Assembly (NCBI RefSeq): GCF_006345805.1
Contig: NW_021835436.1
Coordinates: 1-37,249 of the forward strand
Reading direction: 5' to 3'
Length of the DNA stretch: 37,249 nucleotides
From: Octopus sinensis
Lineage: Eukaryota
The translations under genes were made by a program, and so were the position numbers. Below, one piece after another: positions 11,840 to 22,263 of this stretch. The stretch's first letter is position 1. Every line of letters starts with the position of its first letter. Below the pieces are notes generated by a model that worked only from the letters and a program-made list of their open reading frames with translations, did no database searches and had not been told where the DNA came from.

Positions 11840-12321
11840 GATGATGATGATGATGAGGAGGAGGAGGATGGTGACGATGATGATGGTGATGATGATGATG
11901 AGGCAGAGGTGGAGGAGGATGGTGACAATAATAATGGTGTTGATGATGATGATGATGATGTTGGTATGGTTGTAGTGGTGGTGATGATGACGACGGTGAT
12001 GATGGTGATGATGAGGCAGAGGTGGAGGAGGATGGTGACAAATAATGGTGTTGATGATGATGATGAATGATGTGGTATGGTTGTAGTGGTGGTGATATGG
12101 TGATGGGATAATGAGGACGAGACGATGGAATGCAGTAATGCTTTTATGGTATGATGATAATGATGATGATGATGAGGAAATGATGATGATGATGATGATG
12201 ATGATGACAATTTATGATGATGATGATGATGATGATATGAGATGATGATGAGGATAATGGATGATGATATGAGATGATGATGATGGTGATGAGGATAATG
12301 ATGATGATGATGATGATGATT

Positions 12322-12352
<31 letters not shown>

Positions 12353-12584
12353 CGATGATGACGATGATTATGATGATGATATAATGATGATGATGATGAG
12401 ATAATGATGATGATGATGATGATGATGATGAGATAATGATGATGAGGATGGATGATGAGGATGATGAGATGATGATGATGATGAGGATAATGATGATTTA
12501 TGATGATAATGATGATGATGATGATGATGAGTGAGATAATGATGATGATGATGATGATGATGATGATGGTGATGAGGATAATGA

Positions 12585-12627
<43 letters not shown>

Positions 12628-12680
12628 CGATGATGACGATGATGATGATGATGATGATAATGATGATGATGATGAGGATA

Positions 12681-12712
<32 letters not shown>

Positions 12713-12880
12713 AATGATGATGGTGATGACAATCACAGCAGTAGTCGCGGCCACCATGATGAAGATGATGATTATGATAATGGTGAAGACGATGATGTTG
12801 ATATCAGTAGTGAGTGACAGCGGTACTGCAGATGATGATGGTGATGGTGATGATGATGATGATGATGATGATGATGGTGT
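11840..12880. repeat. (GAT)n trinucleotide array, degenerate
   Basis: Direct inspection; the poly-D/M/S/H/I ORFs are repeat translations. Confidence 0.95.
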
Positions 12881-13172
12881 GAGCGGGTCGAGTGGGTGTG
12901 GGTGGGAGGAAACGTCAATGGAGCTCTGAGGATCGTTATGTAAGATAATTAACACGGCTGCATTTAATGCTAATTACCTTTAGATAAGTAATTGATTCTC
13001 ATTCAGCGACGAAGCCAACAGTTTTGAGGGGAAGGGGGATATAGTCATTTATATCAATCGCAGCACATCACTGAAACCTTATTTTATTCCCCTCGAAAGA
13101 ATGAATAGCGCAATTGCCCTCCGAGAGATTTGAAGCCTCCACAAATTGTTTGTATATTTATGTACACACACA

Positions 13173-13211
<39 letters not shown>

Positions 13212-13224
13212 ACAAACACACACA

Positions 13225-13385
13225 CAGTGTAATCGTAGTCATGGTGGATACTGGTGTCAGGCAAATGGCACCCGTGCCGGTGGCACATAAAAGGTCTAAT
13301 TACATTCTCGGAGTGGTTGGCATTAGGAAGGGAATCCAGCTGTAGAAACCATGCCAAATCAGACTGGGGTCTGCTGCAGCCCCCC
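13225..13385 (+). mobile_element. RTE-like 3' region fragment
   Basis: GGAGTGGTTGGCATTAGGAAGGGAATCCAGCTGTAGAAACCATGCCAAATCAGACTGG is the reverse complement of the block at ~36345-36410. Confidence 0.65.
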
Positions 13386-13391
13386 CAGCAG

Positions 13392-13640
13392 AACACACAC
13401 ACGCATATATATATACATACATATATACGACAGGTTTCACATTTATGTGTTTACTCCGGTATATATATATATATGCCAAACACAGACACAAACGTATACA
13501 CACACATATACGATGGTCTTCTTTCAGTTTCCGTCTACCAAATCCACTCACAAGGCTTTGGTTGGTCCAAGGCTATAGTGGACAGACACTTGCTCAAGAT
13601 GCCATGCAGTGGGACTGAACCCAGAAACCACTCCTGCACC
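13392..13640 (-). mobile_element. Rearranged SINE family 1 copy with an internal head deletion and a 26-bp foreign insert
   Basis: Linker and body present; the head jumps GGGACTGAACCCAGAA|ACCACTCCTGCACC; 13434-13459 duplicates 13836-13861. Confidence 0.8.
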
Positions 13641-13678
<38 letters not shown>

Positions 13679-13679
13679 C

Positions 13680-13861
13680 TTATTATTTAAAGCAGCAGAA
13701 ATCGAACAAAAAACCTGTTACTCTGAGTTTCCCGTTGCCATTCATCGGACAGAACATGTTTTGTTGAATTTTCTGCTGCTTTAAATAAAGCATATTACTC
13801 TACCACTGGTATTAGAGTACTCTTTTTTCCACCTTGTTTCACATTTATGTGTTTACTCCGG
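13680..13861 (-). mobile_element. Penelope-like terminal fragment carrying a hammerhead fold
   Basis: ~29-bp inverted repeats (13682-13710 and 13759-13788) enclose the hammerhead motif; both ends abut (TA)n. Confidence 0.55.
13715..13752 (-). ncRNA. Minimal type I hammerhead ribozyme motif
   Basis: Minus strand: CUGU-CCGAUGA-AUG-GCAA-CGG-GAA-ACUC-A-GAGU-A-ACAG. Stem I 4 bp, core with U4C, weak stem II with a GNRA loop, palindromic stem III, GUA cleavage triplet. Confidence 0.6.
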
Positions 13862-13893
<32 letters not shown>

Positions 13894-13894
13894 T

Positions 13895-14245
13895 ATGACG
13901 GGCTTCTTTCAGTTTCCGTCTACCAAATCCACTCACAAGGCTTTGGTCGGCCTGAGGCTATAGCAGAAGACACTTGCTCAAGGTGCCATGCAGTGGGACT
14001 GAACCCGGAACCATGTGGTTGGTAAGCAAGCTACTTACCACACAGCCACTTCTGCACCTATATATATATATATACATATATACGATGGGCTTCTTTCAGT
14101 TTCCGTCTACCAAATCCACTCACAAGGCTTTGGTCGGCCTGAGGCTATAGCAGAAGACACTTGCTCAAGGTGCCATGCAGTGGGACTGAACCCGGAACCA
14201 TGTGGTTGGTAAGCAAGCTACTTACCACACAGCCACTCCTGCACC
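13895..14245 (-). mobile_element. SINE family 1: two tandem 5' halves without a 3' half
   Basis: Heads end at 14058 and 14245, joined by a (TA)n linker. Confidence 0.93.
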
Positions 14246-14812
14246 TATTTAACTCTACTTTTATTTAACTTCCAAATATGACTCCCTAGTTTAGAGACAC
14301 TCCTGTTCTTCATACTTCAGAAGGAAGAAATGTAATTAAATCAGTTGTATTTTAACTTATGTTCCATCATCCCGACATATTGTTTACTCACAGCATCTAG
14401 ATTTCATTATCTAAATAATTACCTTATCATTGTGGGACTAATCAAGAGATCGTTAATTTGTGTTTCTTCACAAGCAGCTTACTCCTGTGAGTTTTCACTC
14501 GATTTCAATGCGATTATACTTTTTCCTGTTTTATTGTGCAACTGTAACTTAATTGCAATTATTCCTATTAAGTAGTTTCCTGTGACGGTGGTTGATCAGG
14601 AAATGTTTATTAATTAGACGTAAGAGATATTTAGCCAGTTAGGTTTGACATTTAATGAAGAGGAGAGGTAAAACCAGATGAATATCTGGAATGTTTTCCT
14701 GTTAGTGGGTGGTCAGGGTTGGGTTGGGATAGATGGTTTTTTTTATTTTTATTTTGTTAATACTGCATCATCTTAGTTCGGAGCTGTTTTTCAGGCTGAT
14801 TACGTACAGATA

Positions 14813-15614
14813 GGCGCAGGAGTGGCTGTGTGGTAAGTAGCTTGTTGAACAACCACATGGTTCTGGGTTCAGTCCCACTGCGTGGCATCTTGGGCAAGTG
14901 TCTTCTGCTATAGCCCCGGGCCGACCAATGCCTTGTGAGTGGATTTGGTAGACGGAAACTGAAAGAAGCCTGTCGTATATATGTATATAAATAGGCGCAG
15001 GAGTGGCTGTGTGGTAAGTAGCTTGCTAAACAACCACATGGTTCTGGGTTCAGTCCCACTGCGTGACACCTTGGGCAAGTGTCTTCTGCTATAGCCCCGG
15101 GCCGACCAATGCCTTGTGAATGGATTTGGTAGACGGAAACTGAAAGAAGCCCGTCGTATATATGTAATAAAATAGGCGCAGGAGTGGCTGTGTGGTAAGT
15201 AGCTTGCTAAACAACCACATGGTTCTGGGTTTCACCCACTGCATGCATCTTGGCAAGTGTCTTCTGCATAGCCCCAGGCCGACCAATGCTTGTGAGTGGA
15301 TTTGGTAAGACGGAACTGAAAGAAGCTGTCGTATATATGTATATATATATATAATAATATATATAATATATATATATAATATTGTGTGTGGTGTGTGTGT
15401 GTGTGTGTTTGTGTGTCTGTGTTTGTCCCCCTAGCATTGCTTGACAACCAATGCTGGTGTGTTTACGTCCCCATCACTTAGCGGTTCGGCAAAGAGACCG
15501 ATAAATAAGGCTGGGCTTACAAAGAATAAGTCCGGGGGTCGATTTGCTCGACTAAAGGCAGTGCTCCAGCATGGCCGCAGTCAAATGACTGAAACAAGTA
15601 AAAGAGTAAAAGAG
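14813..15614 (+). mobile_element. SINE family 1 head-trimer A-A-A-B
   Basis: GGCGCAGGAGTGG heads at 14813, 14994 and 15175 (181-bp period); single 3' half and tail. Confidence 0.95.
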
Positions 15615-15639
15615 ATATGGCTGCATGAATACAAAGTTC

Positions 15640-15769
15640 TCTTCCTGGTGATGCAACTTCGTATTCTCTCTCACTGACTGGTACCTTAGGCAAGTTTCTT
15701 CTACTATAACCTTCAGCTAAGCTGTTCCTCATGAATGAAATTGGGAAACAGAAAATGTACTGAAGCTCA

Positions 15770-15770
<1 letters not shown>
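15640..15770 (+). mobile_element. Old degenerate SINE family 1-like head/body
   Basis: GGTACCTTAGGCAAGTTTCTTCTACTATAACC resembles GGCACCTTGGGCAAGTGTCTTCTACTATAGCC. Confidence 0.55.
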
Positions 15771-16220
<450 letters not shown>

Positions 16221-16549
16221 GCATTGACGTTTTTAACTTCCAGTTAGAAAGGAAAGTGAGCACAAAGTGCAAAGTATTCTTTCCCAGGGAATTTGTGCCA
16301 AAAATGTTTAGGGAGAATGAACCTTCTCTGTAATAAGATGGCTGGTGGAGGGGTCTCTGGTCTTATCTTGTCACATACAAGTCGAAGAAAAGGAACCAAA
16401 AATCTGGCTGTCTTCGATAACAATAAATAGTACTTTATTCTTCAGGTTCACAGGTAAAATATATACATATATATTTCTTAAGGGCGAACTGGCAGCCAAA
16501 TCTACAGGACTGTACACAAATGTTCACTCAGGTGAGCCAAGAAGATACG

Positions 16550-16963
16550 TATTTCTTTATTACTCACAAGGGGCTAAACATAGAGGGACAAACAAGGACA
16601 GACATAGGTATTAAGTCGATTACATTGACCCCAGTGCGTAACTGGTACTTAATTTATCGACCCCGAAAGGATGAAAGGCAAAGTCGACCTTGGCGGAATT
16701 TGAACTCAGATCGTACTGGCAGAAGAAATACCTATTTCTTTATTACCCACAAGAGGCTAAACACAGAGAGGACAAACAAGGACAGACAAAGGGATTAAGT
16801 CGATTATATCGACCCCAGTGCGTAACTGGTACTTTATTTATCGACCCCGAAAGGATGAAAGGCAAAGTCGACCTTGGCGGAATTTGAACTCACAACGTAA
16901 CGACAGACGAAACACGGCTACGCATTTCGCCCAGCGTGCTAACGTTTCTGCCAGCTCGCCGCC
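16550..16963 (-). mobile_element. SINE family 3 dimer (full monomer plus 5'-truncated monomer) with target-site duplication
   Basis: tRNA-like head GGCGGCGAGCTGGCAGAAACGTTAGC...GAGTTCAAATTCC. TSD AAGAAGATACG at 16539-16549 and 16964-16974, extendable to GCCAAGAAGATACG. Confidence 0.92.
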
Positions 16964-16974
16964 AAGAAGATACG

Positions 16975-17220
16975 GTCTTCGTTCCCGCTTCGAAGAGAGC
17001 TGCTCTATGCGTAGGGTTTTCTCTGAGAGAAGTTTTAGTCACGTCCGTTCGTTAGTGCTGCTCTCCGAAAAAGGGCCGATTTAGCGGTTACGTTTTCAGG
17101 TTGCAGTTTCTGCGCATGCGCATGAGGGAACTTCCGGCGGCCTACCAGAAGTAATCCAACTCTGCGCATGCGTGCCGAAACTTCCACAGTAGCGTCACTA
17201 CATGCCCTTGTAGATTGGAG
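16975..17220. promoter_or_regulatory. CpG-rich promoter-like island with NRF1, ETS and CCAAT motifs
   Basis: TGCGCATGCGCA 17111-17122, ACTTCCGG 17130-17137, TGCGCATGCGTG 17163-17174, AACTTCC 17179-17185, ACTACATGCCC 17197-17207, ATTGG 17214-17218. CpG is locally enriched relative to the window. Confidence 0.5.
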
Positions 17221-17332
17221 GGCAACAGTTGGGAAATCAGTTAAGACTAGAAACCATGAGAGCCACTGCCTGGTACTGCATCAGGGCATAGACATGAGAG
17301 CCAGTTCCAGATACTGCATCTTTTATTAAAAA

Positions 17333-17548
17333 TGGCAAGCTCCTAGAATTTTTTGCATGCCGGACAAAATGTTTAAAGGCATTTCCTTCATCTTTTTACG
17401 TTCTGAGTTCAAATTCTGTTGGAGTCGACTTTGCCTTTAATCCTTTCAGAATCACTGAAATAAAGTACCAGTTGAGTACAGAGATTATCATAATTGACAA
17501 TCTCGCTCCGACAAAATTTCAGGCCTAGAGCCTATAGTAGAAAGAATT
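17333..17548 (+). mobile_element. SINE family 3 variant with (ATT)n tail
   Basis: TACGTTCTGAGTTCAAATTCTGTTGGAGTCGACTTTGCCTTTAATCCTTTC...AAATAAAGTACCAG, then a tail running into (ATT)n. Confidence 0.8.
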
Positions 17549-17626
17549 ATTATTATTATTATTACAATTATTGCTATTATTGTCATTATTATTATAATTA
17601 TCATCAGTATTATCATCATGATCATG

Positions 17627-17664
<38 letters not shown>

Positions 17665-17740
17665 ATAATAATAATAATAATGATAAATAATAATAAAAAT
17701 AACAACAGCAATAATAATAATAATAATAATAATGATGATA

Positions 17741-17781
<41 letters not shown>

Positions 17782-18030
17782 AATAACAACAATAATATAA
17801 TAATAATAATAATAATAATTGATAATAATAATAATAATAATAATAATAAAATTATGATGATAATTATTATTATTATTTTATTATTTAATTATTATTATTA
17901 TTATATTATTATTATTATTAAAAATAAACAACAACAAACAATAATAATAATCTAATAATAAGATACAATAATATTATTTATTATATTCTTATTATTATTA
18001 TTATTATTTATTATTATTCGTATTACTAAC
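17548..18030. repeat. (ATT)n/(AAT)n array of alternating orientation
   Basis: About seven blocks switching strand. Confidence 0.93.
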
Positions 18031-18139
18031 TTCAATCATAATTAATCATTAATTGCCTTTCATTCTGAGACATTGCCATGGAAACGACACTATTCTTCAA
18101 TTAAGCTGTGTCGCCTTGTTCCAATAAAATTTGCATGAG

Positions 18140-18294
18140 AGACAGGAGATGTGTGTGTGTGTGTGTGTGTGTGTGCGGCGTCCGTGTGTGTGCGTGGGTG
18201 AGCATGTGTGCGTGTGTGTATTTGTGTGTAGGTATGTGTGTGTGTATATGTCTGTGCACGTATGTATTTGTGTATGTGCCTATATGTATATGTA

Positions 18295-18336
<42 letters not shown>

Positions 18337-18717
18337 TATGTATGTATATCTATATATTTATGTGTATATATTTTTTTCAGTAATGGGTACATGTGTATGT
18401 CCTGCGTATGTTTGTATATATGTGTGTGCACGTATATATGTTTATTGTGTTTAGGAATGTGTGTGTGTATATATGAATGCATATATATGTGTATACATAT
18501 GTCTGTCTCTGTACATGTATATATATATATCTATATATATATATTAATATATGTGTGTGTGTGTGTGTTGTATATATATGTGTGTATATATATGTATGTA
18601 TATAGATATGTATATATATATATATTATATATATATATGTATCAATGAAATAAAATGAAAAACAGGACTATATTATATATATATATATATATATACATAT
18701 ATACATGTATATATATA

Positions 18718-18762
<45 letters not shown>

Positions 18763-19170
18763 GTATATGTCTGTATATATATTATATGTATATATATATA
18801 TGTATATATTATGTATGTATATATATAATATATATATATATATGTGGTGTGTATGTATATATATATATATATATATGATGTTATGTATGATATATGTATG
18901 TATATATATATATGTACATATATAATAAATATGTAATATATATAATGTACCTATATGTATGTAACATAGTAACGTCGTATATGTATATAAATTATGTATG
19001 TTATTCATGTAGTGGTCTCTATAGCGTTCGTCTGTATGTATATATACGGGTGTGTATGTGTTTATATGTGCGTGCATGTGTGTGTGTGTGTGTCTGCATG
19101 TATGTATATGCATGTATATATGTACGTGTATATTAGGCGTATGTGTGGGTGTATATAAATATACATCATA
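18140..19170. repeat. (TG)n/(TA)n compound microsatellite
   Basis: Direct inspection. Confidence 0.95.
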
Positions 19171-19254
19171 ATGAGTCATACCAGTGTACACAGTATTTTT
19201 AATACACTTTGATTAGACACAACTACAACATCTGCAGCTACATCACCCCACCCG

Positions 19255-19604
19255 ACTGCAACCGACACCATCACTACCACAACCACAACCACCACCACTG
19301 CCGCTGCTGCCACTACCACTATCACAGTCACAACCACAACCACCACACCACTGTTGACCTAACTGACTACTACTAAACCACTACTAAACTACTACTATTA
19401 CTACTTTAACTACTACTACGTTGAGCTGCTGCTGCTTGCTGCTTACTACTACGACTACTACTACTACTTGCTGCTGCTACTACTACCACCAGCATCACCA
19501 CCACTACTACCATTGTTAGCACCCCCCCACTACTGCTACCACCAACATTATCACTACCACCACCACCACCTACTACTACTACTGCTGCTGCTGCTACTAC
19601 TACC

Positions 19605-19638
<34 letters not shown>

Positions 19639-19650
19639 CAATGACAACAG
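19255..19650. repeat. Degenerate ACC/ACT/GCT/AAC triplet array
   Basis: Direct inspection. Confidence 0.9.
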
Positions 19651-19679
19651 TGTTGTCCTTCACAACATGAACCAACAAG

Positions 19680-19990
19680 GGCGCCTCTATTTGATCACTC
19701 ATCTTGCTAGAAACAACAGCTAAATCACCTTCAAATTACTGCCTACTGTAGTAAAAATAACATGGGCACATTGGATAATGTAGTCCTAGATACCCCACTC
19801 CCAAAATTGGGATGGTCATCAGTTGAACGCCTTTGATCATAGGCCTGCTTGATCAGTGCTAACCTTGGGCTAAATGAAACTAATGATGAGAAGAACGCAA
19901 TAAAGAAGTGTACATTAGGTGGTTGGGTCCTAGATACACTATGCCACAATAAAAGACAAGATGGTCACAGCTGGAACACAACTACAAGCC
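19680..19990 (+). repeat. Dispersed repeat family 4 (~125-bp unit), unclassified
   Basis: ACATTGGATAATGTAGTCCTAGATAC...GATGGTCA...CTTTGATCATAGG...GGGCTAAA; homologous units at 20800-21130 and 32718-33031. Confidence 0.7.
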
Positions 19991-20154
19991 ATATAGATAT
20001 TCCACTTTGCAAATGTGTTGATTTGATTTCTTTTCTTAAATTAGGAATAGCTGTGTGGTTAAGAACCTTGCTTTTGAAGTACATGGTTAAGGGTTCAATT
20101 CCTAGACACACTATGTCTGAATAAAGTACCTGTCACCTGTCACCTAGTACCCTG

Positions 20155-20472
20155 TTGGTTATGACGACAAGGGTCCTAGTTGATCTGATAAACAGAACAG
20201 CCTGCTTGTGAAATTAATGTGCAAGCGGCCGAGTACTCCACAGACATGTGTACCCTTAATGTAGTTCTCAAGGTGATTCAGTGTGACACAGAGTGTGACA
20301 AAGCTGGACCCATTTGAATTACAGGTACTCTTCATTTTTGCCAGCTTAGTGAACTGGAGCAAAATGTGAAATAAAGTGTCTTGCTCAAGAACACAACACA
20401 CAGCCTGGTCCTGGAATCGAACTCGCTACCTCGTGGTTGTAAGCTTGATGCTCCAACCACTAAGCCATGCAC
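20155..20472 (-). mobile_element. SINE family 2, near full length
   Basis: Reverse complement of a tRNA head (TGGCTTAGTGGTTGG...GAGTTCGATTCC) and a TTGAGCAAGACACTTTATTTCAC CORE-like block. Confidence 0.88.
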
Positions 20473-20499
20473 TTTATATATATATAAAAAACCTGATGC

Positions 20500-20795
20500 G
20501 TCATCAGCTTTGGCGACCAGGGTCCCAGTTGATCTGGTAAATGGAACAGCCTGCTTGTGAAATTGGCATAAAAGTGGCTGAGTACTCCACAGACACACCT
20601 ACCCTTAATGTAGTCCTCAGGGTGATTCAGCACAACACAGAGTGTGACAAGGCTGGCCCCTTTGAAATACAGGTACTCCTTATTTTTGCCAGCTGAGTGG
20701 GACTGGAGCAAAATGTGGAATAAAGTGTCTTGCTCAAGGACACAGCACGCTGCTAGGAATTGAACTCACGACCTTACAATCATGAGCCAAATACC
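20500..20795 (-). mobile_element. SINE family 2, second tandem copy with truncated head
   Basis: Aligns with 20155-20472 and 21940-22263. Confidence 0.85.
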
Positions 20796-20799
20796 CATC

Positions 20800-21130
20800 T
20801 GAATAAAAGGCAGGATGGTCACAGCTGGAATGCATCTACTGGATCTGAGCTGACCTGGGGTTAAACAACAACACCAGCATGAAAGAAGAACACAATAGTC
20901 AATGCAATCCAAGATATACTATGACTGGATGGTCACAACCGGAACGTCTTTGTTGATGGGTTTGTTAGATCATGTGTACTTGGGGCTAAACAACAGCAAC
21001 TTAAGGAAGGACACATTAGATAATGTACTCTTAGATGCCTTGTGTTCGAAAAATTATAAGACAAGAATGTTACAACTGGGAAACATATGATCATATGTCT
21101 GCTGTATCATAGTCAAACCTAGGGCTAAGC
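20800..21130 (+). repeat. Dispersed repeat family 4, ~3 degenerate units
   Basis: GGATGGTCACAGCTGGAATG...GACCTGGGGTTAAACAACAAC and AGGACACATTAGATAATGTA blocks. Confidence 0.7.
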
Positions 21131-21576
21131 AGGAAGAAGAAGAAGCAGAAGAAGAAGAAGAAGCAGAAGAAGAAGAAGAAGAAGAAGAAGAAGAAGAAGA
21201 AGAAGAAAAGAGGGGGAGGAGGAGGAAGAAGAAGAAGAGGAGAAGGAGGAGAAGGAAAGAGAAGAAGAAGGAGGAGGAGGAGGAGGAGAAGAAGAAGAGG
21301 AAGAAGAAAAGGAGGAGGAGGAAGAACAACAACAAAAACAAGAAGAAGAAAAAGAAGAGGAAGAAGAAGAAAAGGGGGAAGAAGGAGAAGGGGAAGAAGA
21401 GGATGAAGAAGGAGAAGGGAAAGAAGAGGATGAAGAAGAAGAGGAAGAAGAAGAGAAAGAATAGAATATGAGGAAGAGGAAGAAGAAGAAAAGGGGGAAG
21501 AAGGAGAAGGGGAAGAAGAGGAGTGAAGAAGGAGAAGGGAAAGAAGAGGATGAAGAAGAAGAGGAAGAAGAAGAGA

Positions 21577-21607
<31 letters not shown>

Positions 21608-21657
21608 AGAAGAACAAGAACAAGAACAACAACAACAACAACAACAGCAGCAGCAAC
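21130..21657. repeat. (GAA)n/(GAG)n polypurine tract with an internal ~100-bp duplication
   Basis: Block at ~21362-21460 is repeated at ~21480-21580. Confidence 0.94.
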
Positions 21658-21939
21658 TCTGCTATAATATAATATAGTGTTTGTTTGGAATGCTAATTGG
21701 CAATAATTTATTTTTTACACCACTCATAATGCCGTCCTTAATAAACCTTTCATCAATTACTTGTGCATTAATTTTATTCACATTCTATCTTTATTTGACA
21801 TTAACGAGCATTTAGTTCCTATTTTGATACAGAGCTTGCACTGTGGCATACACCCTTCATTGGCTGTTGATCAGGAGGTTACAGTAGTTTTGACACTTTT
21901 TTTTCTTCCAGCAGTCCTTCAGGTTTTATTGAGCATAAT

Positions 21940-22263
21940 GTGAGGGCGCGTGGCTTAGTGGTTAGGGCATTCGGCTCATGATCGTAAGGTTGTGAGTTCG
22001 ATTCCCGGCGACGCGTTGTGTCCTTGAGCAAGACACTTTATTTCACGTTGCTCCAGTCCACTCAGCTGGCAAAAATGAGTTGTACTTGTATTTCAAAAAG
22101 GTCAGCCTTGTCACTCTCTGTGTCACGCTGATTATCCCCGAGAACTACGTTAAGGTACACGTGTCTGTGGAATGCTCACCATTTGCACGTTAATTTCACG
22201 AGCAGCTGTTCCGTTGATCGTATCAGCTGGGACCCTCGTCGTCGTAACCGGCGGAGTCTTTTA
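21940..22263 (+). mobile_element. SINE family 2, full length, with 12-bp TSD
   Basis: TSD ATTGAGCATAAT at 21928-21939 and 22264-22275; A box TGGCTTAGTGGT, B box GAGTTCGATTCC; CpG dinucleotides retained. Confidence 0.95.

Noticed and set aside
11759-12929. Acidic poly-Asp ORFs resembling biomineralisation proteins
   Set aside because: (GAT)n drift gives poly-D, poly-M and stops in mixed frames; no signal peptide or consistent frame.
14813-15335. Regularly spaced repeats suggesting a CRISPR array or tRNA gene cluster
   Set aside because: Units are 181-bp SINE halves with no unique spacers. The heads have A/B boxes but no complete cloverleaf or acceptor stem that I can fold.
17230-17320. CATGAGAGCCA...TACTGCATC motif present twice next to the promoter island
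   Set aside because: Looks like a short fragment of another dispersed repeat with a partial duplication; too short to classify.
20492-20510. CTGATG-CGT-CATCAG containing a minus-strand CUGAUGA
   Set aside because: Only a small hairpin; no stem II or GAAA box follows.
21054-21677. Phe/Leu-rich and Glu/Lys-rich ORFs
   Set aside because: (GAA)n translation.
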